Part shown: positions 1 to 11,849 of the stretch, one piece after another
Numbering within the stretch: position 1 is the stretch's first letter
How the letters are laid out: the number at the start of each line of letters is the position of its first letter
From: Sphyrna mokarran
Taxonomy: Eukaryota
Direction of reading: 5' to 3'
NCBI GenBank assembly: GCA_024679065.1
Contig: JAGIQG010000008.1
Location: 27,590,001 to 27,654,000, forward strand
Length of the DNA stretch: 64,000 bases
Program-made: the position numbers and the translations under genes
Notes under the pieces: model-generated
What the model saw: only the letters and a program-made list of their open reading frames with translations
What the model was told of the DNA's origin: nothing
The model's database searches: none

Positions 1-2107
1 AGAAGGGAGCGTTTCATTAGACCATCTTACTCTATTTGACATAATGCAACTCTGCACCTATTTTGACCCATTGCTGGGCAGTCCTATGAATTGGATAGAT
101 CAGGAACTGAAGTGAAGAAAATGGAACAGAAATCTGGCTTCTGATCTCTCTGCATAAGCATTTAGCAGGAAAAAAGTAAACTGCAGCAGTCCCAGCAAAG
201 TAGGGGGAAAGAAAATTCAAGTTGAGAAGATGGAACACTGGTAAGCCTAACCATTCAACCTGTGCCACACTCACCCCCTCCCCATCCGCAAACACACAAT
301 ACACACACAAGCAGGATGCTTCATATTGTTGTCCTATCCAAATTCACAAAGAGACCACCCCATCCAAGTCCCCATTATTTCACAGAAACATTATCTTCTT
401 CCACCCTCCAGATTCATACTGGCCATCATTTCTCTTGAAATGATAAATTTGAGATTCTTCTTTCCTGACTATCCAGTTAAAGAGATATTCTTCACTGCTC
501 AAATTGGTGTTCACAACCTTCTCCCTTCACAAGTTCTTTACACTCTCTCTCTATCATTGTATTTTGCTGCTCTGTACTTGCCATACAATCTCCTGCTGGT
601 ATATCATTCCACGTTCCACCTTGCTCATCCCTTTTGTATGTTTCAAGCGCCAATGTTCTAGATTTCTACCGCTACATACTAGAAGAGGGACACTTTATAA
701 CCAAAGAGAATTCCTACTTCTAATTGTCGTAGGTGGCAGCAATTCTTCGATTTGAAGATAATATCATTTCATAATTACAAATTTCTGCCATGGGTCTTCA
801 TGTGGCTAAACAGGTCAATTCTTGGTCCACTGATCTTTGAAAACATTTTCTTTCTTCCTCTGCTTCTCATCAGTGTGAAGCAGTTTGATGGACAAGGATT
901 GCCATTCTGAACAATTGGTAGAAAGCTCTTCCCTGTCATTCAGGTCAATGCTGCTGTGCTTCATGGAGAGCTACCTCTTTTAAGATTATGGGCTACAAAT
1001 CATCAGGTGCAGGGGGCTTGTCAGGCTTTAACACCATTAATTTGCCTAAAACTAATTGATGGTGTCTATATTTAAATCCTCCCCTACATTTTACTATTTC
1101 TGGGATAACTCTGATATCATCTTAAAGGCTGATGCAAAATATCTTTTTAATTCCTTTGCCATTTTCTTGTTCCCCATAAATACCTCCTCAGTTTTATTCT
1201 CTAAGGGTCCAATGCTTTCTTTTACTTCTCACTTCTTAAAAAAAGTACTTTTTGTCTGTTTTATGTTTCTCGTTAGCTTACCCCTAAAGTTTACTTTCTC
1301 CTTCCTGATTATGTTTTGAGTCTATCTTTGCTACATCCTGAATCTCTCTCATTCTTCTGACCTACCAATAACCTTTCCCATCTTATATGCTTCCACTTTC
1401 AACTTACTGCCTTCCTTAACTTCCTTGGTCACCCATAATAAGTTCTTCCTCCCTTTAAGCTTATTGGGATGTATTTTTGCTGGGAGTCATGAGTTATCTT
1501 CCTAAATGTCTGCCACTGTTCATCTATTGTTTTACCTACTAATCAATGCGACCAATTCACTTTGGCCAATTTCATCCTCATACCTTTGTAATTCTCCTTT
1601 TATGATCAGCACCGACATTTCAGTCCCAGTTTTCTCACACTCAAGCTGAATCCTAATTCTGTCATACAGTGATCACGTCTTCCTTGGGGATCCTTAACCT
1701 TGAGATCATTTATTAAATCTATGTCATTACACGTTGCCAAATCCAAAACAGCCTGATACATAGTTGGCTCCATAACATATTGCCCCAATAAGCCATCTTA
1801 ATACATTCTATGAATTCATTCTCTTGGCTGCCATGTCCAATTTGATTAGCCCAATCTATATAAAAATTAATATCATCAATGATTAATGTAGTGCTCTTGC
1901 TACATGCATTTGATATTTCTTGATTTAAACTCTTCCCTACAGCATGGCCACTTTTTGGCGGCCAAAATACAATGCTCCTAATACTCTCCTCCTCTGTGTT
2001 TGTCACTTCCACCCAAATTGATTCCACATCCTTAGCCTAGATTGTCCCTCAGAACATTAATTATTCCCTCTCTTATTAGCAGAGCTACCCCATCATCTTT
2101 TCCTTCT

Positions 2108-2248
2108 TAAACAAAAACAAATTATTGCAGATACTGGAATCTGAAACCAAAACAGAAAATGCTGAAAAATCTCAGCAAGTCTGGCAGCATCTGTAAGGAG
2201 AGAAAAGAGCTGACATTTTTTGAGTCCAGCTGGCCCTTTGTCAAAGCA
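2108..2248 (-). mobile_element. Short Penelope-type terminal-repeat element with decayed hammerhead motif, inserted into CR1
   Basis: Splits the CR1 FRKDRLEG/KDDGVALL segment; 6-bp duplication CCTTCT at 2102-2107 and 2249-2254. Minus strand reads gct-TTGACAA-agggccagctggactc-AAAAAA-TGTC-agct, consistent with a decayed CTGACGA..GAAACGTC core. Confidence 0.72.
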
Positions 2249-2306
2249 CCTTCTAGCCTGTCCTTCCTAAACGTCAAATAACTCTTTCCCCCTAACAACC
2301 TTGCAT

Positions 2307-3013
2307 TGTTAGGGGGAAGAATGATTCATAGGTCAAGTGACAGGCACTCTTTTGGTTCCAGTTTTGAGCTGCTGTTTTAGCTTGGAAGGGATGTGAACAT
2401 CAGACTGCAAAGCAGTGTTTCTCTCTCGCCACTATTAGAAACTCTGCTTGCTGGCTGGAAGCAAGACTTCCTGGCCTTCCTAGAATGAAAGTTCTGCTGT
2501 TGGTGGGTTGCCAGTTAGTACCTACAGCCTTTCTCGTTCTCTTCTTGGTATTTTGGGAAGCTGTTCTGACTCCAAGCTTGTCTGTGTGTGCATTAAGAGA
2601 GCCGAAACATTCAACCAAAAAACTAAGTTCCAGCATCACAGCCAATATAATCTCATGTATGTGGACATGCTGAACTGAATCATACAATTCTGTATTATCT
2701 AGGCTAAACCTATGGATTTTATATAGGGAAGTCTGTCTGGTTGGAACATTTCCTATATTCATTAAGGCTTATACAAAATCATGGTTGTTTTTATTCTTGT
2801 TTGTAATCAATAAAAATTGTTTATTTTCTTTCTATACATGCTAATTGGATTCTTAAAATATAATAAACTTTGATAAAAGCTCCCTAATGGATCAGGTGAA
2901 TCACACCTGAAATGAAGCATCTCATTCTCACCCTAGCCAAATTCAAACCACAAAACTTATGATCCAAGCGGACTTCATAAAACACCTTGGAATTTCTGAC
3001 CTGAATTATCACA
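2307..3013 (+). mobile_element. Probable solo LTR inserted in CR1
   Basis: Non-coding block interrupting the CR1 between ORF1 and ORF2; begins TGTTA, has AATAAA signals (~2808, ~2862) and ends ..ATCACA. The 3' end weakly resembles the LTR end at ~58100-58169. Confidence 0.5.
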
Positions 3014-3899
3014 CTACCTATCCTATTTCTGCTCTCACTACTGCATGGCACTGGGATATTCCTGAAATTATTACCTTCACTGTCCTGCTTCTTAATCTAA
3101 CCCCTTGTACTCAGCTTTCAGGACCTCATCCCTTTTTATTACCCAAGTCATGGTACCAATCAGTACCCCATGCCCAGTGAAATGATCTGCAACTGCTCTG
3201 AGACATCCTGGATCCTAGCACCAGGGATACAACTTGCCATCCTGGAATCAGTTTTGTGGCCACAGAAATACCTATCTGTTCCCCTTATAATTTTATCCCC
3301 TATCACTATAGCCCTACCCCTCTTTCTCCACCCTGTCTGCACAGTTGATCCACTCGTAGTGTCATGGACTTGCTTTCACTGATTCTCCAGAGCAGTCATT
3401 ATCCCCAATAGTATCCAAAGCAGCATGTCTGTTTGAGAGGGGTATGGTACCAGAGTATTCCTGCATTACTTACCCGCTCCTCTGTCTGACAATCCATTCC
3501 TTTTCTGCCTTTGTAGATTTAGCCTGGGGTATGTTTGGTGTTCAACAGTCTGAAATGGACTATCATTGTGCAGATGTTCAATTTTTTCAGTTCTATACAT
3601 TTCAGTGCTGGCATCCAAGTAAAACTGAGGACATGAAAGTCATACCAATTCTAAGATAAGAATGATCTTCAAATATGTCTACATCTTTTTAATTTCTTGT
3701 TCCCATACATCCCCAACTTTGCCCAAAAATCTTTACTGCTAAGGGAACCACTGAAAAAAGATGTGTCTTTCTTGTGACACCAAGAACACCAATATTTTAG
3801 CACAGAAATAGTTATTACTAGAAGCACTGACATTGCAATTTTATGATCTTAGATATTCAACTGCCCTACTGACAACTACCTTACAGAAGCAATCTGGGA

Positions 3900-5140
3900 G
3901 CATGCATACTGCAAAAAGACAAAGTGATTACTGCATTTGGTTCAAAACCTTCGCTTATAATGCAATCTGCTCCAACATCAAGCAGGAAACATCAGCTTTA
4001 GTATTTGGAGTTACGTGTTTTCACACCTTTCTATTTGGCAAATAAATTGTGGTAGAGGCTGACCAGAAGTCACTGGAGATGATTTCCTGAAAATCATTGG
4101 CCAATGCAATGCCAAGATTGCAACAACGCTTGTTGAAGATTCACGGTTACAGCTGTGAAATCAAGGACAATCACATCCGATGCACTTAGCAAATCGCCTA
4201 ACCCAGTAAGAACAGAATCCGTATTCTTGGATCTACATTTTGACTTCACCGCCATCAAACTTGAAGATGTGGTCCAAGTTGATCAGATACATTTAATGCA
4301 ACACAAATGCCAGGAGCTACAAGAAGGAGTAGCAAAAGATTCTACACTGCAGAAACTGTAGAAAACCATCATCAGAGGATTGTCTGATTCAATTCAGCAC
4401 ATCCACACACTTGAGACCATATTGGCCATAAGAGAATGAGCTAGCCATCTCCTGTGTAGTCATTTTTAAAGGCAGGCAGGTCATCAATGTATCTTTGCAA
4501 CTTGATAATTTTCAACAACTTCACCATACACACGTGGGCTTAGATTGGATGAGGAGACTCACAAGAGAGAGAGAATCTATTGCTGATGTTTGTCAAGAAG
4601 TCCACAGCATGTCAAGAGCATATGCCAAATTAGAACAAACTACTCATTCCATATGAAGTTCTAACTCACCTTTGGTCCAAAATCACATCTCGCCTCTTTC
4701 ACATCCATGGAATTGACTACATTATCGACCAAGTTACCAAGTAGCCTATTATTCGACGATTAGACCATATATCAAGCACAACTGCAGCACATGCTAAGTG
4801 CTCATTTCCATTTATTAGATGTGTCTAGAGAGATTATCACAGATAACAGGCTGCAACTCATTGGTAAGACATTTCAGGATATGTGTTAGAAGTGAATTAT
4901 CGATCACAGGATATGTGTCTCATTATCCTGGATCGAAATAGTCTAATTGAATAAATGATTTGCAATGTGAAATGTTTAATTATCAAATGTAAATAAACCA
5001 AGCAAGACCTACACATTGCAATGGTCTGAGAGTGACATCTTTAAGTGTGCAACTCTTCCATCACTGCAGAGCTCATTTTTGGCAGATCAATGCATACCAA
5101 TTTACCTATTCTTGCCCATTCTATTCTGAGTACACTAGGC
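3900..5140 (+). mobile_element. Decayed Ty3/Gypsy pol (RNase H + integrase)
   Basis: CSNIKQETSALVFGVTCFHTFLFGK*IVVEADQKSLEMI..ANAMPRLQQRLLKIHGY..SDALSK (RNase H), then RPYWP..LHHTHVGL..CQ (integrase zinc finger) and core remnants; many stops. Confidence 0.82.
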
Positions 5141-5169
5141 AATAACTGTTTAAACTACAGTAAAACAAG

Positions 5170-5500
5170 AGTGAGTATCTTAAACTGGAGGTAATAAGGT
5201 GATGCAGGGAGTGGTTTGGTAGAAACTAAAAGTATGTCAGCAAGCATATAGTGATTTTTTCTGAATGAGCTGAAATTTATATAGTAGGTAGGACAGGGGG
5301 CCAGTCAGGACAGCGTTTCAATAGTTGGGTCTCTCAGTGACAGACATGAATGGGATTTTATTAGCTGATGGGCATAAGATAGGGGTGGGGGCAGATAACA
5401 TAATGGAGATTTAAATAGGTGATTCTGATGGGGAGGATATGGAGATGGAAATCCAGCTGGAGGTCAAATACAATGCCAAGGTTGTGAACGGTCTGCTCGA
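5170..5500 (-). mobile_element. L2 LINE fragment
   Basis: Minus strand reads VHNLGIVFDLQLDFHLHILPIRITYLNLH, resembling L2 ORF2 C-terminal LGVxFDxxLSF..HI. Confidence 0.55.
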
Positions 5501-5524
5501 TGTGTGTCACAGCACACAAAGTCA

Positions 5525-5810
5525 AGTTTAAAAAGTTTATTTGTTAGTCACAAGTAAGGCTTACATTAACATTGCAATGAAATGACTGTGAAATTTCTTT
5601 AGTCATCACACTCCGGCTCCTATTTGAGTCAATGCACCTAACCTTCACGTGTTTCAGACTGTGGCAGGAGGCCGGAGCACCCAGAGAAAACTCATTCAGA
5701 CACAAGGAGAACATGCAAACTCCACACAGATAGTCATTCAAGTCAGGAATAGAACTCAGGTCCCCGGTGCTATGAGGAAGCAGTGCTAACAACTGAGTCA
5801 CCATGCCACC
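5525..5810 (-). mobile_element. tRNA-derived V-SINE with non-HER1 tail
   Basis: Head GGGTGGCATGGTGACTCAGTTGTTAGCACTGCTTCCTC with box-B-like segment, V-domain core, tail ..AAGCCTTACTTGTGACTAACAAATAAACTTT. Confidence 0.85.
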
Positions 5811-7280
5811 CATACATGACATAACAGGACATGACAGAGCAAAAATAACTTTTAAATTAATGCTTTTCCAGCTGAAATGTAAATAAAACTGCTGTTTAGT
5901 TATTCACAAGTTCAATGTTTTTAATATTGCAGACTTGTCGGTTCTGTCAAAACTCATGATTTGCCTTGAGGGGAATTCGACAACTTGTAGAAACATTAAG
6001 ACTTAAGTATTCAAGATCAATTGATATTCATAATGTATTTATGTCAGTCAGTGAGATCAGGAGAAATCAGGCAACAAATGCTTGACTATCTTGGAATAAA
6101 TAAGAAATATAACAGAAACATAAATTACAAAATATTTTTACTTACAAAATATATTACCTCAAGAACGTTTTACATTAATTAATGTTAATCATTGCAGACT
6201 GTATTCATTGCATCATAATGCTATATTATAAACTAATGCCAATTCTTCAGAGTGAGGAGGATAGCTGCCACGGAATCCTTGACTAAATTGAGGAAAAAAG
6301 GGTGAAAAGTAAAGAGAGGTGACATCAATGAAAGGTAAAGGAGATGAAAAAGAGGTTGAAGGCCAAGGGAAATACAAAATTATCAAGGGGTAGGCGGGGG
6401 GAGAAATCAAATTCCACATTGACCATGGACTAGATAACTGACTGACTGCCAATGAGGAGTTGCAAGTGTCCTTAAGCTATCTTCCTGCTCCAGTTTTCAT
6501 CATCTGCCCTGCTTCAAAACCAGATAGACTTCAGTAAAGTACGACTTGTCATCATGATCAGTCCGGTGCACTCTCTTCCTAGCTGTTGAGGTCAATGTTA
6601 ATCTTCTTCATGTAGGCTTTCAGGGAATCTTCGAAAAATTTCCCCTGGTCACTCTGTGATCTTTGGCAGCAAGCTGAGAGTAAAGAACGCGTTTCAGAAG
6701 GCAAATGTTCAGCATTCTGATGAGTCACTTGCCCCGATCAGTGCTCATGTTCACACACCAATCCATCCAAGTGATATGGAGGATCTTCCACAGGCAGCAT
6801 TGATGATATTTCTTGAGCTTTCTCAGGTGGTGTGATACGTCACCCAGATTTTGCAACTACAGGGGGGATAACTGCCTTGTAGAATGTAACCTTTGTGGCC
6901 ATCCACAGATATGGAGTAGTGAAGACTCATTTGAGCACCTTCCCAAAGAAGATGCTCATGCATTGGATTCTGTACAGAGCGGTCAACTATCTCCATATGG
7001 CCACTGTGATGCTGGGGGTATCTGGCATACTCCCCAGTTTTAATGACAAGAGGAGCTTCTTTTTTTTAAATCAGCAGTCAGATATAGTGCTGGAGCTTGA
7101 TACATTTCTTCAAACAGGTCAACGATGGCCTATAGATTGTGTACTGTATGCACCCAGATAACACCATCATCTACATATTGGAGATCTGTCAAGTTCATGT
7201 GTAAAACTTTGGTCTTTGATTTCAGCCTATGAAGACTGGAAAGCTTCCAAATGAACTGCTGCTCAATTTGCACCCCGGGT

Positions 7281-8947
7281 ACATAGAACATAGAACATAG
7301 AACATTACAGCACAGAACAGGCCCTTCGGCCTTCGATGTTGCGCTGACCAATATAAAAAGCAATGCCCCTCCAAACTAAACCATTCCCTTCTCTTCCATA
7401 TACTTATCAACTAACCTCTTAAACGCCACCAAACTTGGCGCATCTACAACTGCTGCAGGCAGGGCATTCCACTCCCGAACCACCCTTTGGGTAAAGAACC
7501 TACCTCTGATATCCGTCCTATAACTATCACCCCTTAATTTAAAGCTGTGTCCCCTCGTGCTAGCTTTCTCCATCCTAGGAAAAAGGCTATCACTGTCCAC
7601 CCTATCTAAACCTCTAATCATCTTATATGTTTCGATCAGGTCCCCTCTTAGCCTCCTCCTTTCTAACGAAAACAACCTCAAATCCCTCAGCCTCTCCTCA
7701 TAAGACCTGCCCTCCATACCAGGCAACATCCTGGTAAACCTCCTCTGTACCCTCTCCAATGCCTCCACATCTTTCTTATAATGCGGGGACCAGAACTGCA
7801 CACAATACTCCAAGTGCGGCCGCACTAGAGTTTTGTACAGTTGCAACATGACGTTGCGGCTCCGAAATTCAATCCCTCTACCAATAAAAGCCAAGACTCC
7901 ATATGCCTTCCTAACAACCTTCTCGACCTGACTGCCTACTTTCAGGGATCTATGCACATACACACCAAGATCCCTCTGTTCATCTAGACTACTAAGAATC
8001 CTACCATTTGCCCTATACTCTACACATTTATTATTTCTGCCATAGTGCATTACCTCACACTTTTCCACATTAAACTCCATTTGCCACCTCTCGGCCCAGC
8101 TCTGCAACTTGTCCAAGTCCCTCTGCAAACTATAACACCCCTCTTCACTATCTACCACTCCACCGACTTTAGTGTCATCTGCAAATTTACTAATCCATCC
8201 TTCAATACCCTCATCCAGATCATTTATAAAAATTACAAACAGCAGGGGCCCCAAAACAGACCCCTGAGGTACACCACTTGTCACCGAACTCCACGATGAA
8301 TATCTCCCATCAACCACCACCCTCTGTCTTCTATCTGCTAGCCAATTCCTAACCCAATTAGCTAAATCACCCTCTATCCCATACATCTGCATTTTCTGCA
8401 GAAGTCTTCCATGGGCCACCTTATCAAACGCCTTACTAAAGTCCATATATACCACATCAACCGCCTTACCCCCATCCACCTCTTTAGTCACTTTTTCAAA
8501 AAACTCAATGAGGTTAGTAAGGCACGACCTACCCTTCACAAAACCATGCTGACTATCCCCAATCAATTCATTTCTCTCTAAATAACTATAAATCCTATCC
8601 CTAATTATTCTCTCCAATACTTTGCCCACAACAGAAGTAAGACTCACTGGCCTATAATTCCCTGGAAGGTCTCTCTTCCCCTTCTTGAACAACGGGACCA
8701 CATTCGCTATCCTCCAGTCCTCCGGAACCACACCCGTAACCAACGACGACCTGAAGATCAGAGCCAGAGGCTCTGCAATCTCCTCTCTTGCCTCCCAGAG
8801 AATCCTAGGGTAAATCCCGTCCGGCCCAGGGGACTTATCCAACTTCAAACCCTCGAGAATATCTAGCACATCCTCCCTATCTACTTCGATACCTTCCAGT
8901 TTGCTACCCTGTACCTCAGTGTTCTCCATAACTACATTTACATCTCC
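7281..8947 (-). mobile_element. Young 5'-truncated CR1/HER1-type LINE
   Basis: Uninterrupted RT ORF, CpGs retained, 3' UTR hairpin (..AAGGCCGAAGGGCC..) and (TGTTCTA)3 tail at 7281-7304; essentially no TSD (single A). Confidence 0.95.
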
Positions 8948-9007
8948 TGAGAGCTTCTTGACCAGGCCAGGGATGGCAGCTAGAAAGATGGAGAAGAATA
9001 GGTGCAT
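7376..9007 (-). CDS. Open frame encoding CR1 ORF2 reverse transcriptase and C-terminus (no endonuclease); first ~20 aa come from the flanking RTE
   Basis: 543-aa ORF with KSPGPDG, NYRPVSLTS, QHGF, DFSKAFD, GVPQGSVLGP, FADD and DLGV motifs typical of CR1-clade RT. Expression is not evidenced. Confidence 0.75.
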   Translation of the reverse strand: MHLFFSIFLAAIPGLVKKLSGDVNVVMENTEVQGSKLEGIEVDREDVLDILEGLKLDKSPGPDGIYPRILWEAREEIAEPLALIFRSSLVTGVVPEDWRIANVVPLFKKGKRDLPGNYRPVSLTSVVGKVLERIIRDRIYSYLERNELIGDSQHGFVKGRSCLTNLIEFFEKVTKEVDGGKAVDVVYMDFSKAFDKVAHGRLLQKMQMYGIEGDLANWVRNWLADRRQRVVVDGRYSSWSSVTSGVPQGSVLGPLLFVIFINDLDEGIEGWISKFADDTKVGGVVDSEEGCYSLQRDLDKLQSWAERWQMEFNVEKCEVMHYGRNNKCVEYRANGRILSSLDEQRDLGVYVHRSLKVGSQVEKVVRKAYGVLAFIGRGIEFRSRNVMLQLYKTLVRPHLEYCVQFWSPHYKKDVEALERVQRRFTRMLPGMEGRSYEERLRDLRLFSLERRRLRGDLIETYKMIRGLDRVDSDSLFPRMEKASTRGHSFKLRGDSYRTDIRGRFFTQRVVREWNALPAAVVDAPSLVAFKRLVDKYMEEKGMV

Positions 9008-9329
9008 CCTTGCTGGATGCCAGTTCTGATGGGGAAGGCATCAGATTTTAGTCCATTGCAGAGTATGGTGGGGCAGTCATTTTGTCATCACCTGCATATA
9101 GGCAGCAATGTACTGATGGTAATTAAGCACCTGGATAAAACTCGGGTATTTCTTAGCAGAAAATACCATGAGTGAGCAGGCTTTCTTGGAATCCCCTCAT
9201 ACCCTGCATGGGTAAGGACATAGGAAAGGTGTCCTAAACATAGTTATATAATCCGTGTTACTTTTTCATGGTTAACTGCATTCAGCAGGTTCATTTACTT
9301 TTACAGCTATAAAAATAAGAATACTGAAA

Positions 9330-10840
9330 AACCTTGAAAGGGTTCCTAGCTTCATGGACTGCAAAGTCAATATGCCCTCCCCCAAAGATGAACTGCCATG
9401 ATCACAAAAGAACTTGCAAACCACAAGATCAATAGCGCAGTCTTCAGCAAGATGAGGCATCTTGGGCAAGTTATATTTCAGGAGCTGGATGGTAGTTCCA
9501 CATTTTTTTGGAAAGGCAGCAGTTCCCTGGAGAAGTGAATGAATAGAGTCAACTTTGCCATTCCTAATGATCTTGTCAACTGGTTGCTGGGGCAACTAGC
9601 AGGGCTAAGTAAATGAATGGAGATCCTCCCACTTTTCCTCTCATGTGCATGCATCACAAAGGTAATCAGTGCCCAACTCTGGATTCTGAGGACACCATGA
9701 ACCGTTCTATGCAGAAACTAGATAGTGCCTTGGGTGGTGTTCCAGGAGACAACAGATTGTCCTAATCAGAGCTTTTAATGCTAGAGGTAACGTGATCTGT
9801 AACAGAATGATCAGGAAAGAGGGTGTAGAGCAATTCAACCCCAGCAGCATCTTACTTTTGAGTAAATGCGCTCAGCACAAACCCCTAATTATCAATTAGA
9901 GTTATGTTTTGACAATGTTTTGACAAAGTGACAGGTACAAAAACTGGCAGCAACCTAATTCCTGATAATGACATCCCTTTGATGATATTATTGTCTGCAC
10001 CCAACACCAATGAGATGTCTGCATCACTAACAATACATGACACTGATGACCGATCACCGTTTGGTCAAGTTGATCATGAACGTCAGGCTCGCCAGATGTT
10101 GGTGTAAGCAGGCATAGGCTGCGCATGGCAGTTCTAACACCTGAAGAAAATGACTACATGTGAGCCATTTCAGCAATTCCTCCAGCCCGAACTTGCCATG
10201 CTCCCTGAGTCAGTTCATATCTGATGCAGACTTGCTTAAGAAGCTTCTACCAGGCTACATGAGCTGACTACCGTTCACCCCCATCAGTTCTCACTACTGT
10301 CCATGCTGATGACAGGTCCACCCTGCTCACAAACAGTGACTCCAACAGGATCACGTTAAGAGTGTATTTTGAGGCTCTTTTCATCTGTGACCCAATGGTC
10401 TTGGATACCACCCAGCTGTATATGCCAGTGCCAGAGGATGAGTCCCACTGTCCCTGGATGAAACTTACTTGAGCTACATGGTTTCGCAGCTGAGGTGTAC
10501 AAGCTTTTGCAAGCACTCAGTTGTGCATAGCCTATATTTACCTTTCCAAAAACGTTTACATGAAATAAGAGTCTTAAAAGACCTCAGTGACGCTGAGATT
10601 GTCTCAACCTTCAAGAAGGAAAACAAGACTGAATGTGACAACTACCGAGGCATAACTTTAGCCTCTACTACAGGCAGGATGCTTGCCAGAATATTACTGG
10701 ACCACCAACTCCCATTTGCAGAAGTTATTTTGTCAGAATCTGACTATGATTTCAGATGGATCTAGCAGATCAAAGAGAAATTTCCCACAGAAAACCAAGC
10801 TCTCTGTTTGGCCTTGATCGATTTGACAAATATCTTAAAC
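9330..10840 (+). mobile_element. Decayed RTE LINE 5' half (endonuclease to start of RT)
   Basis: TAMITKELANHKI.. (9395-9440), FNAR..IRKEGV..ILLLSKCAQH (9775-9880), DAEIVSTFKKENKTECDNYRGITLAS..ILSES and ALIDLT (10585-10830). Confidence 0.8.
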
Positions 10841-11079
10841 TCAATTGGAAATGTGCGATTTGCAAATGTAAAACCAAGCATGCAGATTTATTTCTCTCCA
10901 AAGACATTCCTCACTTTGCAAATAGAAGAGAAATATATTTCCTTTCAGTACCTGAATTTCATGTACAAATCTTCTCAAATTATTTACTCACATTCCTCAA
11001 CCCATTTCTGGGACACAAGAGAGATCGCAAAAAATAATAGTCAATAATCCAAATTTTCCACAATACACCTGTTTGTTTT

Positions 11080-11285
11080 CTTTACTCATTCATGAGGTCT
11101 GAGCTTCACTATAGTGACCAACATTTGTTATCCATCCTCAATTTCGCTTGAACGCAGTAAAAGTCAATCACATTGTGAGTCAGGGATTACTTGTAGGCAA
11201 GACCAAGTGAGGATGGTAGATTTCCTTCTCTAAAAGGATTAGTGAACCAAATGGGTTTTTATGACAACCAACAATGATTACCACA
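11080..11285 (-). mobile_element. Fragment of the tRNA-SINE family seen complete at 55790
   Basis: Reverse complement matches 55960-56130 (AAAAACCCAT..GGTTCACTAAT..AGGGAAGGAAATCT). Confidence 0.72.
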
Positions 11286-11593
11286 TCTAATATGCACAAA
11301 AACAATAACGAAGATGATCATGACAAAAGGTGCAACAAGTGAACAGCCCAGCAACTGGAAAGAAAAACAAGAGAAACAATTGCAAGACAAGGAGAATATA
11401 AGAAAATCTTCAACCTAACTCCGGAAAAAAGGCAACAGTAAAAGAAAGAGAGCAGGAAAGAAAAGTTCTCCATTTGCCATGGTCCTTTGATGACATGGAA
11501 GGTCCAGATCAAGCCGAGAAGTGACAGAACTAGCATCACAGGTTAGTCAGGGGCAGAACAGAGTGCAGAACAAAATAGATGAAGAACAGAATA

Positions 11594-11810
11594 GGGACAG
11601 CACAGTGATTAGCACCTCTGCCTCATAGTGCCAGGGATCCAGGTTCGATTCCTGGCTTAGGTCGCTGTCTGTGCGGAGCTAGCACGTTCTTCCTATGCTA
11701 GTTAAATGCTTTAACCTGAACAGGCATCAGAGTGCGGCGACTAGGAGAATTTCATAGTAACTTAATTGTAGTGTTAGTGTAAGCCTTACTTATGACTAAT
11801 AAATAAATGT
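11594..11810 (+). mobile_element. V-SINE with non-HER1 tail, internally deleted
   Basis: GCACAGTGATTAGCACCTCTGCCTCA..GGTTCGATTCC box B; tail AAGCCTTACTTATGACTAATAAATAAA. Confidence 0.85.
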
Positions 11811-11849
11811 TAATTTACTAAGTGCAGAATTAAATCAGAATTGATTGTT

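Larger units (their letters stand above)
969..3490 (-). mobile_element. Decayed CR1-type LINE (ORF1 esterase + ORF2 endonuclease/linker), interrupted by two insertions
   Basis: Minus-strand translations: RAIVIGDKIIRGTDRYFCGH..CIPGARIQDVSEQL (ORF1 SGNH/GDSL-like, 3160-3342); ESIWVEV..DINF..LDL..DH (APE endonuclease, 1606-2027); EMAKELKRYFASAF (~1125-1165); VLGKLMVLKPDKPPAPDDL*PIILKEVA (969-1058). Many stops and frameshifts. Confidence 0.88.
6450..9125 (-). mobile_element. Decayed RTE (BovB-like) LINE, RT and 3' part, split by a young CR1
   Basis: TILCNGLKSDAFPIRTGIQQGC..LFFSIFLAA..LVKKLS (9070-8948) resumes as PGVQIE..LHRLKSKTKV..LTDLQYVDD (7279-7165), then ..FEDSLKAYMKKINID (~6590-6640). Confidence 0.85.

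Noticed and set aside
7376-9007. Host protein-coding gene or autonomous retroelement
   Set aside because: 5'-truncated CR1 lacking ORF1 and endonuclease; the ATG is fortuitous RTE sequence.
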